From Candidatus Bipolaricaulota bacterium (GTDB taxonomy: Bacteria; Bipolaricaulota; Bipolaricaulia; RBG-16-55-9; DRXL01), in the NCBI GenBank assembly GCA_026414955.1, contig JAOAIA010000001.1, forward strand, positions 1-44,257: a DNA stretch of 44,257 bases, in the 5' to 3' direction. This document shows positions 18,439 to 26,571 of the stretch, in pieces. Below the pieces are notes generated by a model. That model was given only the letters and a program-made list of their open reading frames with translations, did no database searches and was not told where the DNA came from. Every line of letters starts with the position of its first letter. Position 1 is the first letter of the stretch. A program made the translations under genes and the position numbers.

Positions 18439-18621
18439 ACAGACCCCCTCATATATCTCTGGATTATTCTACACGCTTGCTGGCACGAGCGCCAAGCGAT
18501 TTGATAAAATCTTATCAGGGAAGCCCTCGAGCTGTACTTAGAGGCTTTTCGCTCTATGCCCATCCAGACGGGCGCGTAACAGAAGTGCCTCTACATCGTG
18601 AGCGGAGGTGGTAACTTCAGC

Positions 18622-18975
18622 ATGGCCCGTCGAGATTGGTACTGTGAAGACGTCCTCTCTGGGAAGCTCGAAGTTAAGAAAATCTGGGAAGATGAGCGCG
18701 TGTTAGCGTTCCATCATCCTCACCCTCAAGCTGAGATTCATGTGGTGGTCATTCCCAAGGCTCACGTACCGTCACTTCTAGACCCAATGGCCCTGGATGG
18801 CAAGTTGCTCTCCTCCATGATGCAAGCCGTTCAGCAAGTTGCTCACAAGTTGGGGTTAGATCGAACTGGCTTTTACGTTCGCGCCAATGCCGCAGCGCCC
18901 GACGTTACACCCCACATGCATTGGCATATAGTTGGCCTTAGTAGCCACGATCTTGACAGCAGCTTGCAGAATTGA
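18622..18975 (+). CDS. HIT-family (histidine triad) protein
   Basis: The histidine triad is HMHWHIVG. The upstream part reads VLAFHHPHPQAEIHVVVIPKAH. ATG 18622 lies downstream of GGAGGTGG. Confidence 0.8.
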   Translation: MARRDWYCEDVLSGKLEVKKIWEDERVLAFHHPHPQAEIHVVVIPKAHVPSLLDPMALDGKLLSSMMQAVQQVAHKLGLDRTGFYVRANAAAPDVTPHMHWHIVGLSSHDLDSSLQN

Positions 18976-19188
18976 TAGAGTGTTCTCACACCTTCGCGCA
19001 GTGGACCCTTGATGCGCGTTGTGATTCTTAAGTCTTGCGACTGCCCACGCGCACGCGATTCTCGACTCCATTCCTATCCCGCAGGCGCTAGCTGAGCTGT
19101 GGACAAGAACGTCGGAGCGGTAGGGTGTGGTTGAACAGGTGGAGAAGATCGGCGACACGCTACGAGCTACCGGGCACCCCTAATGATA

Positions 19189-19264
19189 TGGTGCCGAGGG
19201 GCGGACTCGAACCGCCGACACCAGGATTTTCAGTCCTGTGCTCTACCAACTGAGCTACCTCGGC
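19189..19264 (-). tRNA. tRNA-Phe (GAA), CCA encoded
   Basis: The reverse complement is GCCGAGGTAGCTCAGTTGGTAGAGCACAGGACTGAAAATCCTGGTGTCGGCGGTTCGAGTCCGCCCCTCGGCACCA, which folds as a perfect cloverleaf. Confidence 0.95.
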
Positions 19265-19284
19265 AAGCTTCGCTTGACGTTCAT

Positions 19285-19309
19285 CTTTGCCGGCTGCAAG
19301 CCGGCAAAG
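19285..19309 (-). repeat. perfect 11-bp hairpin in the tRNA-Asp/tRNA-Phe spacer
   Basis: CTTTGCCGGCT-gca-AGCCGGCAAAG. A second small hairpin, CCAGAC-gaa-GTCTGG (19319-19333), abuts the tRNA-Asp 3' end. Confidence 0.6.
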
Positions 19310-19333
19310 GCGAACAGTCCAGACGAAGTCTGG

Positions 19334-19410
19334 TGGCGGGGATGACGGGATTTGAACCCGCGATCTCTGCCTTGACAGGGCAGCGTGTTAGGCCACTACA
19401 CCACACCCCC
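19334..19410 (-). tRNA. tRNA-Asp (GUC), CCA encoded
   Basis: The reverse complement is GGGGGTGTGGTGTAGTGGCCTAACACGCTGCCCTGTCAAGGCAGAGATCGCGGGTTCAAATCCCGTCATCCCCGCCA, with anticodon loop CTGTCAA. Confidence 0.9.
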
Positions 19411-19420
19411 GTGTGTGCAC

Positions 19421-19449
19421 ATTATAACGGCTCTTCCCAAGCTCGTCAA
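19421..19449 (-). promoter_or_regulatory. sigma70-type promoter of the tRNA-Asp/tRNA-Phe pair
   Basis: The minus strand reads TTGACG (19449-19444), a 17-nt spacer, then TATAAT (19426-19421). The -35 box overlaps the carB stop codon (19446-19448). Confidence 0.7.
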
Positions 19450-22400
19450 CCGCGCGAACGCAAGTCCCCCACCGCGTATACCTGCAGCGATCCCGCTTTC
19501 AGCGCACCAATTGCCCCTACCAACGCCTGCGCTCCCTCAATAGTGGTCACGGAGGGCACACGATGTTGAACGGCTTCGATGCGGATCAGGGCTTCGTCAC
19601 GATGCGCGCGCTTGCCCGACGGCGTGTTGATAACGAAGTGAATCTGCCCGTGGCGGATCGCGTCGGCGATATGAGGATGGCCCTCGCTCACTTTGTTGAT
19701 GATCTTAACGGCGAGACCCGCGTGGCGCAGGACGTGAGCCGTGCCGCGCGTCGCTACGAGAGAAAAGCCCAGTTCTGTAAGGGCGCGCGCGATGGGCACG
19801 ACGGCGGGCTTGTCGCGGTCGTTAACGCTGATAAACACGGTCCCTTGCGTGGGCAGTCGGCTCTTGAGACTAAGCTGCGTCTTGGCAAAGGCTTCGCCTA
19901 CCGTCTGCCCTGACCCCATCACTTCGCCGGTGCTCTTCATCTCCGGGCCGAGAACAGGGTCAACCAAGAATCGGTCAAATGGGAAGACTGGAGCTTTCAC
20001 GTGGAAGCCCTTCACTCTTGGCTCTTCTGTGAACCCCAGCTCTCTCAGCTTGACCCCAGCCAGCACTTGCGCAGCGATTTTAGCTAAGGGCACGCCCGTC
20101 GCCTTGCTGATGAACGGCACGGTGCGCGACGCGCGCGGGTTCACCTCGAGCACGTATAATGTCTCGTTCTGCACGGCAAATTGAACGTTCATCAGCCCGA
20201 CGACGTGGAGCCGCCGCGCGAGCTTTCTCGTCATAGCACGCACTGCGTCTAAAATCCTTGCGCTGAGCGTAAAAGGCGGGAGCACACAGCAGCTATCTCC
20301 TGAATGAACTCCTGCGCGCTCGATGTGTTCCATAATCCCGCCGATGACACAGTCTTGCCCGTCAGCGACGGCATCAACGTCTAGCTCGATAGCGTCTTGA
20401 AGAAATTCATCAATGAGCACGGGCTGCGCCGGAGAGACGCGCACCGCTTCTTCGATATAGTGCTCTAGATCGCTCTTGTCATAGCAGATGGCCATGGCGC
20501 GTCCGCCGAGCACGTAGCTGGGCCGCACCAGCACTGGGAATCCGAGATCTTCAGCAACGCGAAACGCTTCTTCAGTCGAGAACGCGATGCCACTGTGCGG
20601 GCGCTTCGCGCCGAGTTCGTCCAAAACCAGATTGAACTTCTCGCGATCTTCGGCCAAGTCTATATTTTCTGGGCTGGTGCCCCAGATGGGCACGCCGTGC
20701 TCGTGGAGCTTGAGCGCCAAGTTGAGCGGCGTCTGGCCCCCAAACTGCACGATCACCCCCACGGGCTTCTCGATCTCAATGATATTGAGCACGTCTTCGA
20801 GCGTGAGCGGCTCGAAGTAGAGCTTATCGGACGTGTCGTAATCTGTCGAAACTGTCTCTGGATTGCAGTTGGTCATGATGACTTCATAGCCCAACTCGCG
20901 TAGCGCGAATGCTGCATGGCAACAGCAATAGTCGAACTCGATCCCCTGGCCGATTCTGTAGGGGCCGCCACCGAGGACGATCACTTTCTTCTTCGCTGTG
21001 GGAGCAGCCTCGCACTCATCGGCTTCGTAGGTCGAGTAGAGATAGGGCGTTTGCGCTTCAAACTCGGCCGCGCACGTATCTACTTTCTTGTAGACGGGTC
21101 TTATGCCCCATTGAAGCCGGCAGCGGCGCACGGCGCTCTCGCTGGTGCGCCAAAGCTGAGCCAGACGAGCATCCGAAAACCCGTATCGCTTGGCTGTCCA
21201 CAGTTGCTCTCTCGATATTTTGTCCCAGCCCAGCCGGTGCAGCTCGTTCTCGCAGAGCACGATCTCTTGAATTTGACCCAAAAACCACGGGTCAATCCCC
21301 GTCCAGCGAGAGAGTTTCTCAATCGAAGTCCCGGCTTGCAGCGCTTGATAGATATAGAAGATTCTGTCGGGATTGGGCTTCTGTAAAGATTCGCGCACCA
21401 TCTCGTCGGAGAGCAGGCGCGCTTCCCCCACGCTCAGCCCACTGCGCCCGATCTCCAGCGAGCGCACGGCCTTCTGTAACGCTTCTGTGAACGTGCGCCC
21501 CAGCGCCATCACCTCCCCGACGGAGCGCATCTGCGTCGTCAGGGTCGTGTCCGCGCCGGGGAATTTTTCAAAGTTCCAGCGCGGGATCTTGACAACGACG
21601 TAGTCAATCGTTGGCTCGAAGCTCGCCGGGGTCTTCCTCGTGATATCGTTGGGCAGCTCGTCGAGCGTGTAGCCGACGGCCAATTTAGCCGCGATTTTGG
21701 CGATGGGAAAGCCCGTCGCTTTAGACGCCAACGCCGAGCTGCGGCTGACGCGCGGGTTCATCTCGATGACCAGCATCCGCCCGGTGCGCGGGTGCACCGC
21801 AAACTGAATATTGCTCCCGCCCGTCTCGACCCCCACCGCGCGGATCACGCGGATCGCCCAGTCGCGCATCTTCTGATACTCTCTGTCAGAGAGCGTCTGC
21901 GCCGGCGCCACGGTGATCGAGTCTCCCGTGTGGACGCCCATCGGGTCAAAATTTTCGATGGAACAGATGATCACGACGTTGTCGCGACGGTCGCGCATCA
22001 CTTCGAGCTCGAATTCTTTCCAGCCGATCACGGACTCCTCGATCAAGACTTCGTGCACGGGGCTTAGCTCCAGTCCACGCTGCACGACTGTGCTCAGCTC
22101 TGCCTCAGAATGAGCGACGCCGCTGCCCTCGCCCCCTAGCGTAAACGACGGGCGCACCAAGATAGGGTAGCGCAGCTTCCGCGATAGCGTGAGGGCTTCG
22201 TCGAGAGAGCGCGCCAGCGCCCCCTGCGGGACTTCTAGCCCTGTAGCTTCCATCGTCTCTTTGAAGAGCAGTCTATCTTCGGCGATCTCGATGGCGCGTT
22301 GCTGCGCCCCGATCAGCTCGACGCCGTAGCGCGCCAAGACCCCCGACTTAGCCAGCGCGACCGCGAGATTGAGCGCCGTCTGGCCGCCGACGGTGGGCAA

Positions 22401-22658
22401 GAGCGCATCGGGCTGTTCGCGCGCGATAATTTTTTCTACAATCTCTGGGACGAGCGGCTCGAGGTAGACGCGCGAGGCGCTCTCCGGGTCGGTCATGATC
22501 GTGGCGGGGTTGTTATTGACTAAAATCACGTCGTAGCCCTCTTCGCGGAGGGCTTTACAGGCTTGGCTGCCGGAATAATCAAATTCCCCGGCTTGGCCGA
22601 TGACAATCGGCCCGGAGCCGATCACTAAGATTCTTTTCAGATCAGTGCGCTTTGGCAT
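19446..22658 (-). CDS. carB: carbamoyl-phosphate synthase large subunit
   Basis: The 1070-aa product starts [33 protein letters not shown]. It has duplicated ATP-grasp halves (second half [24 protein letters not shown]) and a C-terminal MGS-like domain. Confidence 0.97.
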   Translation of the reverse strand: MPKRTDLKRILVIGSGPIVIGQAGEFDYSGSQACKALREEGYDVILVNNNPATIMTDPESASRVYLEPLVPEIVEKIIAREQPDALLPTVGGQTALNLAVALAKSGVLARYGVELIGAQQRAIEIAEDRLLFKETMEATGLEVPQGALARSLDEALTLSRKLRYPILVRPSFTLGGEGSGVAHSEAELSTVVQRGLELSPVHEVLIEESVIGWKEFELEVMRDRRDNVVIICSIENFDPMGVHTGDSITVAPAQTLSDREYQKMRDWAIRVIRAVGVETGGSNIQFAVHPRTGRMLVIEMNPRVSRSSALASKATGFPIAKIAAKLAVGYTLDELPNDITRKTPASFEPTIDYVVVKIPRWNFEKFPGADTTLTTQMRSVGEVMALGRTFTEALQKAVRSLEIGRSGLSVGEARLLSDEMVRESLQKPNPDRIFYIYQALQAGTSIEKLSRWTGIDPWFLGQIQEIVLCENELHRLGWDKISREQLWTAKRYGFSDARLAQLWRTSESAVRRCRLQWGIRPVYKKVDTCAAEFEAQTPYLYSTYEADECEAAPTAKKKVIVLGGGPYRIGQGIEFDYCCCHAAFALRELGYEVIMTNCNPETVSTDYDTSDKLYFEPLTLEDVLNIIEIEKPVGVIVQFGGQTPLNLALKLHEHGVPIWGTSPENIDLAEDREKFNLVLDELGAKRPHSGIAFSTEEAFRVAEDLGFPVLVRPSYVLGGRAMAICYDKSDLEHYIEEAVRVSPAQPVLIDEFLQDAIELDVDAVADGQDCVIGGIMEHIERAGVHSGDSCCVLPPFTLSARILDAVRAMTRKLARRLHVVGLMNVQFAVQNETLYVLEVNPRASRTVPFISKATGVPLAKIAAQVLAGVKLRELGFTEEPRVKGFHVKAPVFPFDRFLVDPVLGPEMKSTGEVMGSGQTVGEAFAKTQLSLKSRLPTQGTVFISVNDRDKPAVVPIARALTELGFSLVATRGTAHVLRHAGLAVKIINKVSEGHPHIADAIRHGQIHFVINTPSGKRAHRDEALIRIEAVQHRVPSVTTIEGAQALVGAIGALKAGSLQVYAVGDLRSRG

Positions 22659-23764
22659 GTTCGGGAGCTTTTTATGAATTCGAAGAACTGATCGAAGAGC
22701 GAGAGCGCGTCATGTGGCCCCGGCGAGGCTTCGGGGTGAAACTGCACCGCGAAGATCGGGAGTTTTTTATGCCGAAAGCCCTCGACCGAGCCGTCGTTGA
22801 GATTGATGTGCGTCAGCTCCAGCTCTGGGGGCAAGTCTTTCAGGGCAAATCCGTGGTTGTGCGAGGTGATCTCGACTCTATGTGTTAGGAGATTCTTGAC
22901 GGGCTGGTTGGCGCCGCGATGGCCGAATTTTAACTTATACGAGCGCGCTCCCAGTGCTAAGCCTAAGATTTGATGGCCCAGACAGATCCCGAAGATCGGG
23001 CAGCGCTCAGACTCTATGAGCTGGCGCGCTGTGCGGATTGCGTCTTTGAGAATAGCTGGATCACCAGGGCCATTGGAGAGCAGAATACCGTCGGGTTTGA
23101 GCCGAAGAATCTGCTTGGCGCTCCAGAACGCTGGGACGACCGTGACCTTTCTCGCTCGTGCGCGCAAGTTTCTGAGAATGTTGCGCTTGACGCCGAAGTC
23201 CACCACAACGATGTGAGACCTCTCCCCCTTCTCTAAAAGGGCAGTAGGCCAAGGGGGTGGGTCTTCCCATTTATACGGCTCGGTGCAGCTTACCCTGTAG
23301 ACCCAGTTCTCTTCAGAGATCGTCGGAGCGCGGCGGGCGCGCTCGACTAATTCGTCGGGATCGCTCTCAAAGCTCGAGAGACACCCGCGCATCGCGCCGC
23401 GCTCGCGGATATGCCTCGTGAGGGCGCGCGTGTCTACCTCGTACAGCCCAATGATCTTGTGCTCTTTGAGATAGCGATCTAAGTCCATCTGGCCGCGCCA
23501 GTTCGAGAAGTTCTGCGCAAGCTCACGCATGATGAACCCGTTCACCCAGGGGCGAGCAGACTCGACGTCTTCAGAATTGACTCCGTAATTCCCGATATGG
23601 GGGTAGGTCATGCAGACGATCTGGCCCGCATATGATGGATCTGTAAGAATCTCTTGGTAGCCGGTCATGGCTGTATTGAAGACGACCTCGCCGCAAATAA
23701 TTCCCTGAGCGCCGCAGGCGCGCCCGTAGAAGATTTTTCCATCTTCGAGGGCTAGGAGTGCCAT
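22637..23764 (-). CDS. carA: carbamoyl-phosphate synthase small (glutaminase) subunit
   Basis: [10 protein letters not shown]... is followed by class I GATase motifs: GICLGHQ (Cys), HGFA and [11 protein letters not shown] 23764 is preceded by GGGGAGGG; the track start at 23782 is a GTG upstream of that SD. There is a 22-nt overlap with carB. Confidence 0.93.
   Translation of the reverse strand: MALLALEDGKIFYGRACGAQGIICGEVVFNTAMTGYQEILTDPSYAGQIVCMTYPHIGNYGVNSEDVESARPWVNGFIMRELAQNFSNWRGQMDLDRYLKEHKIIGLYEVDTRALTRHIRERGAMRGCLSSFESDPDELVERARRAPTISEENWVYRVSCTEPYKWEDPPPWPTALLEKGERSHIVVVDFGVKRNILRNLRARARKVTVVPAFWSAKQILRLKPDGILLSNGPGDPAILKDAIRTARQLIESERCPIFGICLGHQILGLALGARSYKLKFGHRGANQPVKNLLTHRVEITSHNHGFALKDLPPELELTHINLNDGSVEGFRHKKLPIFAVQFHPEASPGPHDALSLFDQFFEFIKSSRTCQSALI
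23217..23263. repeat. family A palindromic element copy (in-frame in the carA linker)
   Basis: The minus strand reads GACCCACCCCCTTGGCCTACTGCCCTTTTAGAGAAGGGGGAGAGGTC. It shares 15/17 5'-terminal and 11/11 3'-terminal bases with the 3430 copy. It encodes [15 protein letters not shown], compared with PPWPLSRVGEERGERS at 3430. Confidence 0.6.
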
Positions 23765-23782
23765 GAGAACCCTCCCCGGCAC

Positions 23783-23821
23783 AAAAAAAATGGGCCAGTC
23801 CGCCTCTGCGGCGGCTGGCCC
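23783..23821 (-). terminator. intrinsic terminator/attenuator in the carAB leader
   Basis: The minus strand reads GGGCCAG-CCGCC-gcaga-GGCGG-a-CTGGCCC followed by ATTTTTTTT. It ends about 17 nt before the carA SD and ATG. Confidence 0.75.
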
Positions 23822-23894
23822 GTGAATTCTCTCACCCTACAGATTCGCTGTGGCACGGCTTAAGCCGGATCACCTCACGCACGCGTTGGCCGAA

Positions 23895-23923
23895 ATTATA
23901 GCAAAACGCACACGGGGGGTCAA
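23895..23923 (-). promoter_or_regulatory. carAB promoter
   Basis: The minus strand reads TTGACC (23923-23918), a 17-nt spacer, then TATAAT (23900-23895). Confidence 0.7.
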
Positions 23924-23950
23924 ATGAACTTGTCCTGTGTTTGTGTTAGA

Positions 23951-23981
23951 GTTTGACTTGGCAGAACAGTCAAACTATAAT
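23951..23981 (+). promoter_or_regulatory. promoter plus inverted-repeat operator of the antitoxin/ParE-RelE module
   Basis: TTGACT (23953-23958), a 17-nt spacer, then TATAAT (23976-23981). A perfect inverted repeat GTTTGACT (23951-58)/AGTCAAAC (23968-75) spans the -35 box and the spacer. Confidence 0.7.
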
Positions 23982-24023
23982 CAGCGTTGTGCAGGGCTTA
24001 ACGAGCGAAAGGAGTGTCGGCAA

Positions 24024-24227
24024 ATGCCTGAAACGGTTTTGAATGAAGCACAGACCAAGAACCTACTGCGGCAAGTTCTTGTCGAATTACTTAAAAAGCG
24101 GAGATCAGAATTTCACGAGCTGGTTATTGAAGCAATGGAGGAAGTGGCGTTAGCAAGGGCTATCCGTGCAGGACGAAAGAACGAATTTGTAAGTGAAGAC
24201 GAGATTCGCGCTGCTTTGGAAGCGTAG
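24024..24227 (+). CDS. antitoxin partnered with a RelE/ParE-family toxin
   Basis: The 67-aa product is MPETVLNEAQTKNLLRQVLVELLKKRRSEFHELVIEAMEEVALARAIRAGRKNEFVSEDEIRAALEA. AAGGAG precedes the ATG. Its size, position and ...EDxALxxAIxxGxK...V pattern are typical of this antitoxin class. Confidence 0.65.
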   Translation: MPETVLNEAQTKNLLRQVLVELLKKRRSEFHELVIEAMEEVALARAIRAGRKNEFVSEDEIRAALEA

Positions 24228-24495
24228 CAGGCAAGTTGTTTATGAAGCCACTTTTCTTCGTGACTTAAAAGGCATTCGTAGCAAGAAGGTTCGTCGCCAC
24301 TTGAAGCGAATCATTGATAAGGTCAAAAGGGTTTCAGAACTATCTGACATACCGGGCTTAACGAAACTTCATGGCTATGAGACGTTCTAGCGGATTCGCG
24401 TTGGAGATTATCGGATAGGCGTCGAGATCGTCAAGGGCACGGTCATCTTTGTTCGATTCCTGCATCGGAAAGATATCTATCGTTACTTTCCGTAA
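24193..24495 (+). pseudogene. RelE/ParE-family toxin interrupted by an in-frame TAG
   Basis: The frame reads ...[83 protein letters not shown]. The TAG at 24388-24390 splits the conserved core (RIRVGDYRI...HRKDIY). There is no ATG near the expected start. Confidence 0.75.
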
Positions 24496-24527
24496 ATGTT
24501 GCTCCTAGCGAGAGGAGAGCGTGCCTT

Positions 24528-24752
24528 ATGGTGCGCACGCAGATTAGCTTGACGGAAGAGGAGTATAGGGCTGCTAAGAGAGAAGCTCGCAGGCTTGGTA
24601 TCTCGTTGGCCGAGCTGCTTTGTCGCTCGCTGCGATCCCTGCTTTCCGTGGACGAATCCAAACCCTGGATGCGGTACGCCGGGATGATCGAAACAGGCGA
24701 TAAGACTTCAAGCCAGCGGATCGACGAGGTCGTGTATGGTCAGAAAGATTAG
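24528..24752 (+). CDS. ribbon-helix-helix antitoxin (VapB-like), orphan
   Basis: MVRTQISLTEEEYRAAKREARRLGISLAELLCRSLRSLL...KPWMRYAGMIETGDKTSSQRIDEVVYGQKD. An SD GAGAGGAGAG is present. No intact toxin follows. Confidence 0.7.
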   Translation: MVRTQISLTEEEYRAAKREARRLGISLAELLCRSLRSLLSVDESKPWMRYAGMIETGDKTSSQRIDEVVYGQKD

Positions 24753-24774
24753 ACTAACTTCCATCTTGGACTGA
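24736..24774 (+). pseudogene. possible 12-codon stub of a PIN (VapC) toxin
   Basis: The ATG overlaps the antitoxin end by 17 nt and encodes MVRKIRLTSILD*. This resembles a PIN N-terminus up to the first catalytic Asp (..LLDTNV..) and then stops; nothing PIN-like follows. Confidence 0.3.
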
Positions 24775-24827
24775 CCGGGGTCCCCTTGGTCATTCATGAG
24801 TTTTAGCATCTTGTGAGCTTTAACTTT

Positions 24828-24854
24828 CACAACAAATCTCCCAGATCCCCGCAC
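24828..24854. repeat. direct-repeat copy of the rtcA 3' end (displaced copy)
   Basis: CACAACAAATCTCCCAGATCCCCGCAC matches CACAACGAATCTCCCAGATTCCCGCGC at 25480-25506 in 24 of 27 positions. On the minus strand it reads AGIWEICCES*, compared with the rtcA end AGIWEIRCE*. Confidence 0.7.
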
Positions 24855-24898
24855 AAGATATATGCTGTTGGGTGAACAGGTAGAACGATTTGTATATA

Positions 24899-25209
24899 AT
24901 GGATTTCAAAGCACAGCCTTGGAGAAGGAATTTCTTGAGCAGAATCGCGCAAATTCAGAACCTTGTCCGCAACGGCCTATACTACTTAACTGAGCACGCT
25001 GACAACGAAGCCGCTGCAGACGGCTTCGATGTTACGATATAGAGCAAGGTATTCTGACGGGCAAGATTCGCAAAACGTGGCCCAAGGAAGGCAAGTATGA
25101 AGTGGTGGGGGTGGCGTTAGACGGGCGTCGTATCGGGATTGTTTGTCGCATCACTCAGACAGGTAAAGTGCGTGTGATCACGGTTTACGAAGATAAGCCA
25201 AAGCGATGA
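24899..25209 (+). pseudogene. DUF4258-family toxin gene with a frameshift
   Basis: Frame 1 reads MDFKAQPWRRNFLSRIAQIQNLVRNGLYYLTEHADNEAAADGFDVTI* (stop at 25040-42). The shifted frame continues DIEQGILTGKIRKTWPKEGKYEVVGVALDGRRIGIVCRITQTGKVRVITVYEDKPKR* (to 25209). A single missing base near 25034 would restore ...DVYDIEQGIL... Confidence 0.65.
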
Positions 25210-25220
25210 AGGAGGGAACT

Positions 25221-25460
25221 ATGAGCTTTTGGGAAGGCGAGACGTGCGAATACTGTAGCGGGCCGATTGTGGAGAAGCGCGTGACGTTGCATCGCAAGGT
25301 GCGAGGGCAATATGTCTTGATTGAGAATGTGCCTGCCGGAGTCTGTAAGGAATGCGGCACACGCTACTATGCGGCGAACGTCCTGAAGACGATAGAAGAG
25401 AGCCTACGCGGACGTCGCCAAGCGAAGCGTAAAGTGCTTGTATCCGTGTATTCGTTATAG
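25221..25460 (+). CDS. YgiT-type zinc-finger protein (MqsA N-terminal-domain-like antitoxin)
   Basis: MSFWEGETCEYCSGPIVEKRVTLHRKVRGQYVLIENVPAGVCKECGTRYYAANVLKTIE has two CxxC pairs. AAGGAGGG precedes ATG 25221. Confidence 0.75.
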   Translation: MSFWEGETCEYCSGPIVEKRVTLHRKVRGQYVLIENVPAGVCKECGTRYYAANVLKTIEESLRGRRQAKRKVLVSVYSL

Positions 25461-25474
25461 AATCGCGCCTCCGA

Positions 25475-26512
25475 TTACTCACAACGAATCTCCCAGATTC
25501 CCGCGCGCTCAGTTACTATAAATCGCTTGCCCGTGAGCTGCTCCGCGACCCACATATTGGTCTTGATATGATCCGTCAGCTCGGCACAGAAGAATCTTCC
25601 CCCAAAGAGCGCCAAGAAGGGGATGATCTGATCAGCCATGTGACGGTCGAGCGTCGCACCGCTGCGTAGCTCAGAGATTAACGCCGCCGCAGCTTGTTCA
25701 CCGACTCTCTCGGCAGACACGCCCCGCTCCCCTAGCGCGTCCCCTCCCAAGATGGTCTTCTCGCAGTCCGCCCAGAGCACCACGGCCGAACCGGGAGAGA
25801 GCGTCTCGGCATAGCGCGTCTCGATCCCGATAGCGATCCCAGAAAACTCTCGGCTCAACAGTCTGTGAGCAGCTTCCGCCTGACGCTCGGCGACTTTGCT
25901 CTTCTGTAGATGATGCGAGGCGATTGAAAGCCCGCGAATCTCTCGAAGTTGGCCTTGCTCTGGGAAATCGAACGCTTGGGTAATCTGCGCCGGGCCGAAG
26001 CGCGCGCGCACCCGCGCCCCACCCTTGGGATAAAACCCTTCACGCTCAATCTCTAAAGAAGCTGGGAACCCCCAACGCCCTAACAGAGCGAAATTGACGT
26101 GTTCCAACGCAGCTATCGGCGACGCCCACTGGCCGTAAGTGCCCCCGCCCGCGATCTCGACCGTGACCGAGCGAGCAGCGCACGCCAGCGCGATCTGAAT
26201 GGGCTGAAGCGCCAACGCGACGGAACCCGCCGTCTCAATCTGAATTTTTAGAGAATCTGTCTGGATCGGGCCGGGATGAAACTCGATCTCGCGCGAGCCG
26301 ATCTGCGCGCCCTCCAGACGAGCTTGACAGAGCTGCGCGGCAGCACGAAGACCCGCCAGATGCTGCGCTTGCAAGCCGGGATTGGGCCGCCCCTGCCGAA
26401 TATTTATCACTCGTACAGATTTCCGCAGCGCAATTGCCAAACCCAGACCAACCCGCAAGACCGAGCCGCCTCCGCTAGCCCCATCAAGCACAAGCACCCC
26501 TGCACTTGCCAT
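25475..26512 (-). CDS. rtcA: RNA 3'-terminal phosphate cyclase
   Basis: LVLDGASGGGSVLRVGLGLAIALRKSVRVINIRQGRPNPGLQAQHL, TAGSVALALQ, GFYPKGGARV and HMADQIIPFLAL follow the RtcA pattern as I recall it from E. coli RtcA. Confidence 0.85.
   Translation of the reverse strand: MASAGVLVLDGASGGGSVLRVGLGLAIALRKSVRVINIRQGRPNPGLQAQHLAGLRAAAQLCQARLEGAQIGSREIEFHPGPIQTDSLKIQIETAGSVALALQPIQIALACAARSVTVEIAGGGTYGQWASPIAALEHVNFALLGRWGFPASLEIEREGFYPKGGARVRARFGPAQITQAFDFPEQGQLREIRGLSIASHHLQKSKVAERQAEAAHRLLSREFSGIAIGIETRYAETLSPGSAVVLWADCEKTILGGDALGERGVSAERVGEQAAAALISELRSGATLDRHMADQIIPFLALFGGRFFCAELTDHIKTNMWVAEQLTGKRFIVTERAGIWEIRCE
25480..25506. repeat. direct-repeat copy at the functional rtcA 3' end
   Basis: See the feature at 24828..24854. 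The two copies lie 652 bp apart and bracket the DUF4258/zinc-finger cassette. Confidence 0.7.
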
Positions 26513-26571
26513 ACTTCCCTCTCTGTGATATTGTGTATCCTACCCTGGAGAATACCGAATTGTCGAGTTTT

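Noticed and set aside
18976-19188. A 213-bp gap after tRNA-Phe containing GGTAGCTCGTAGCG, considered as a third or degenerate tRNA or another ncRNA.
   Set aside because: No T-arm (GGTTCGAAT-like) and no acceptor pairing can be drawn, and there is no terminator or conserved motif. The 100-aa track ORF 18856..19158 has no support either.
19311-19325. The 15-mer GCGAACAGTCCAGAC, shared with 36668..36682.
   Set aside because: A single exact 15-mer match between two positions of a 44-kb window on either strand is about what chance predicts. The flanks do not align.
19183-19569. A 128-aa plus-strand ORF.
   Set aside because: It is the antisense reading of two tRNA genes and the carB 3' end.
23822-23894. 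A PyrR-binding anti-antiterminator in the carA leader.
   Set aside because: The closest strings (GGGUGAGAGAAUUC, CCGCAGAGGCGG) do not match the UCCAGAGAGG core well enough to call. I left it as an unassigned attenuator.
26513-26571. The strand-switch point (minus-strand block to the left, plus-strand block to the right) considered as a replication origin.
   Set aside because: The spacer is only 59 bp. I see no TTATCCACA-type DnaA boxes, no AT-rich unwinding element and no dnaA/dnaN nearby.
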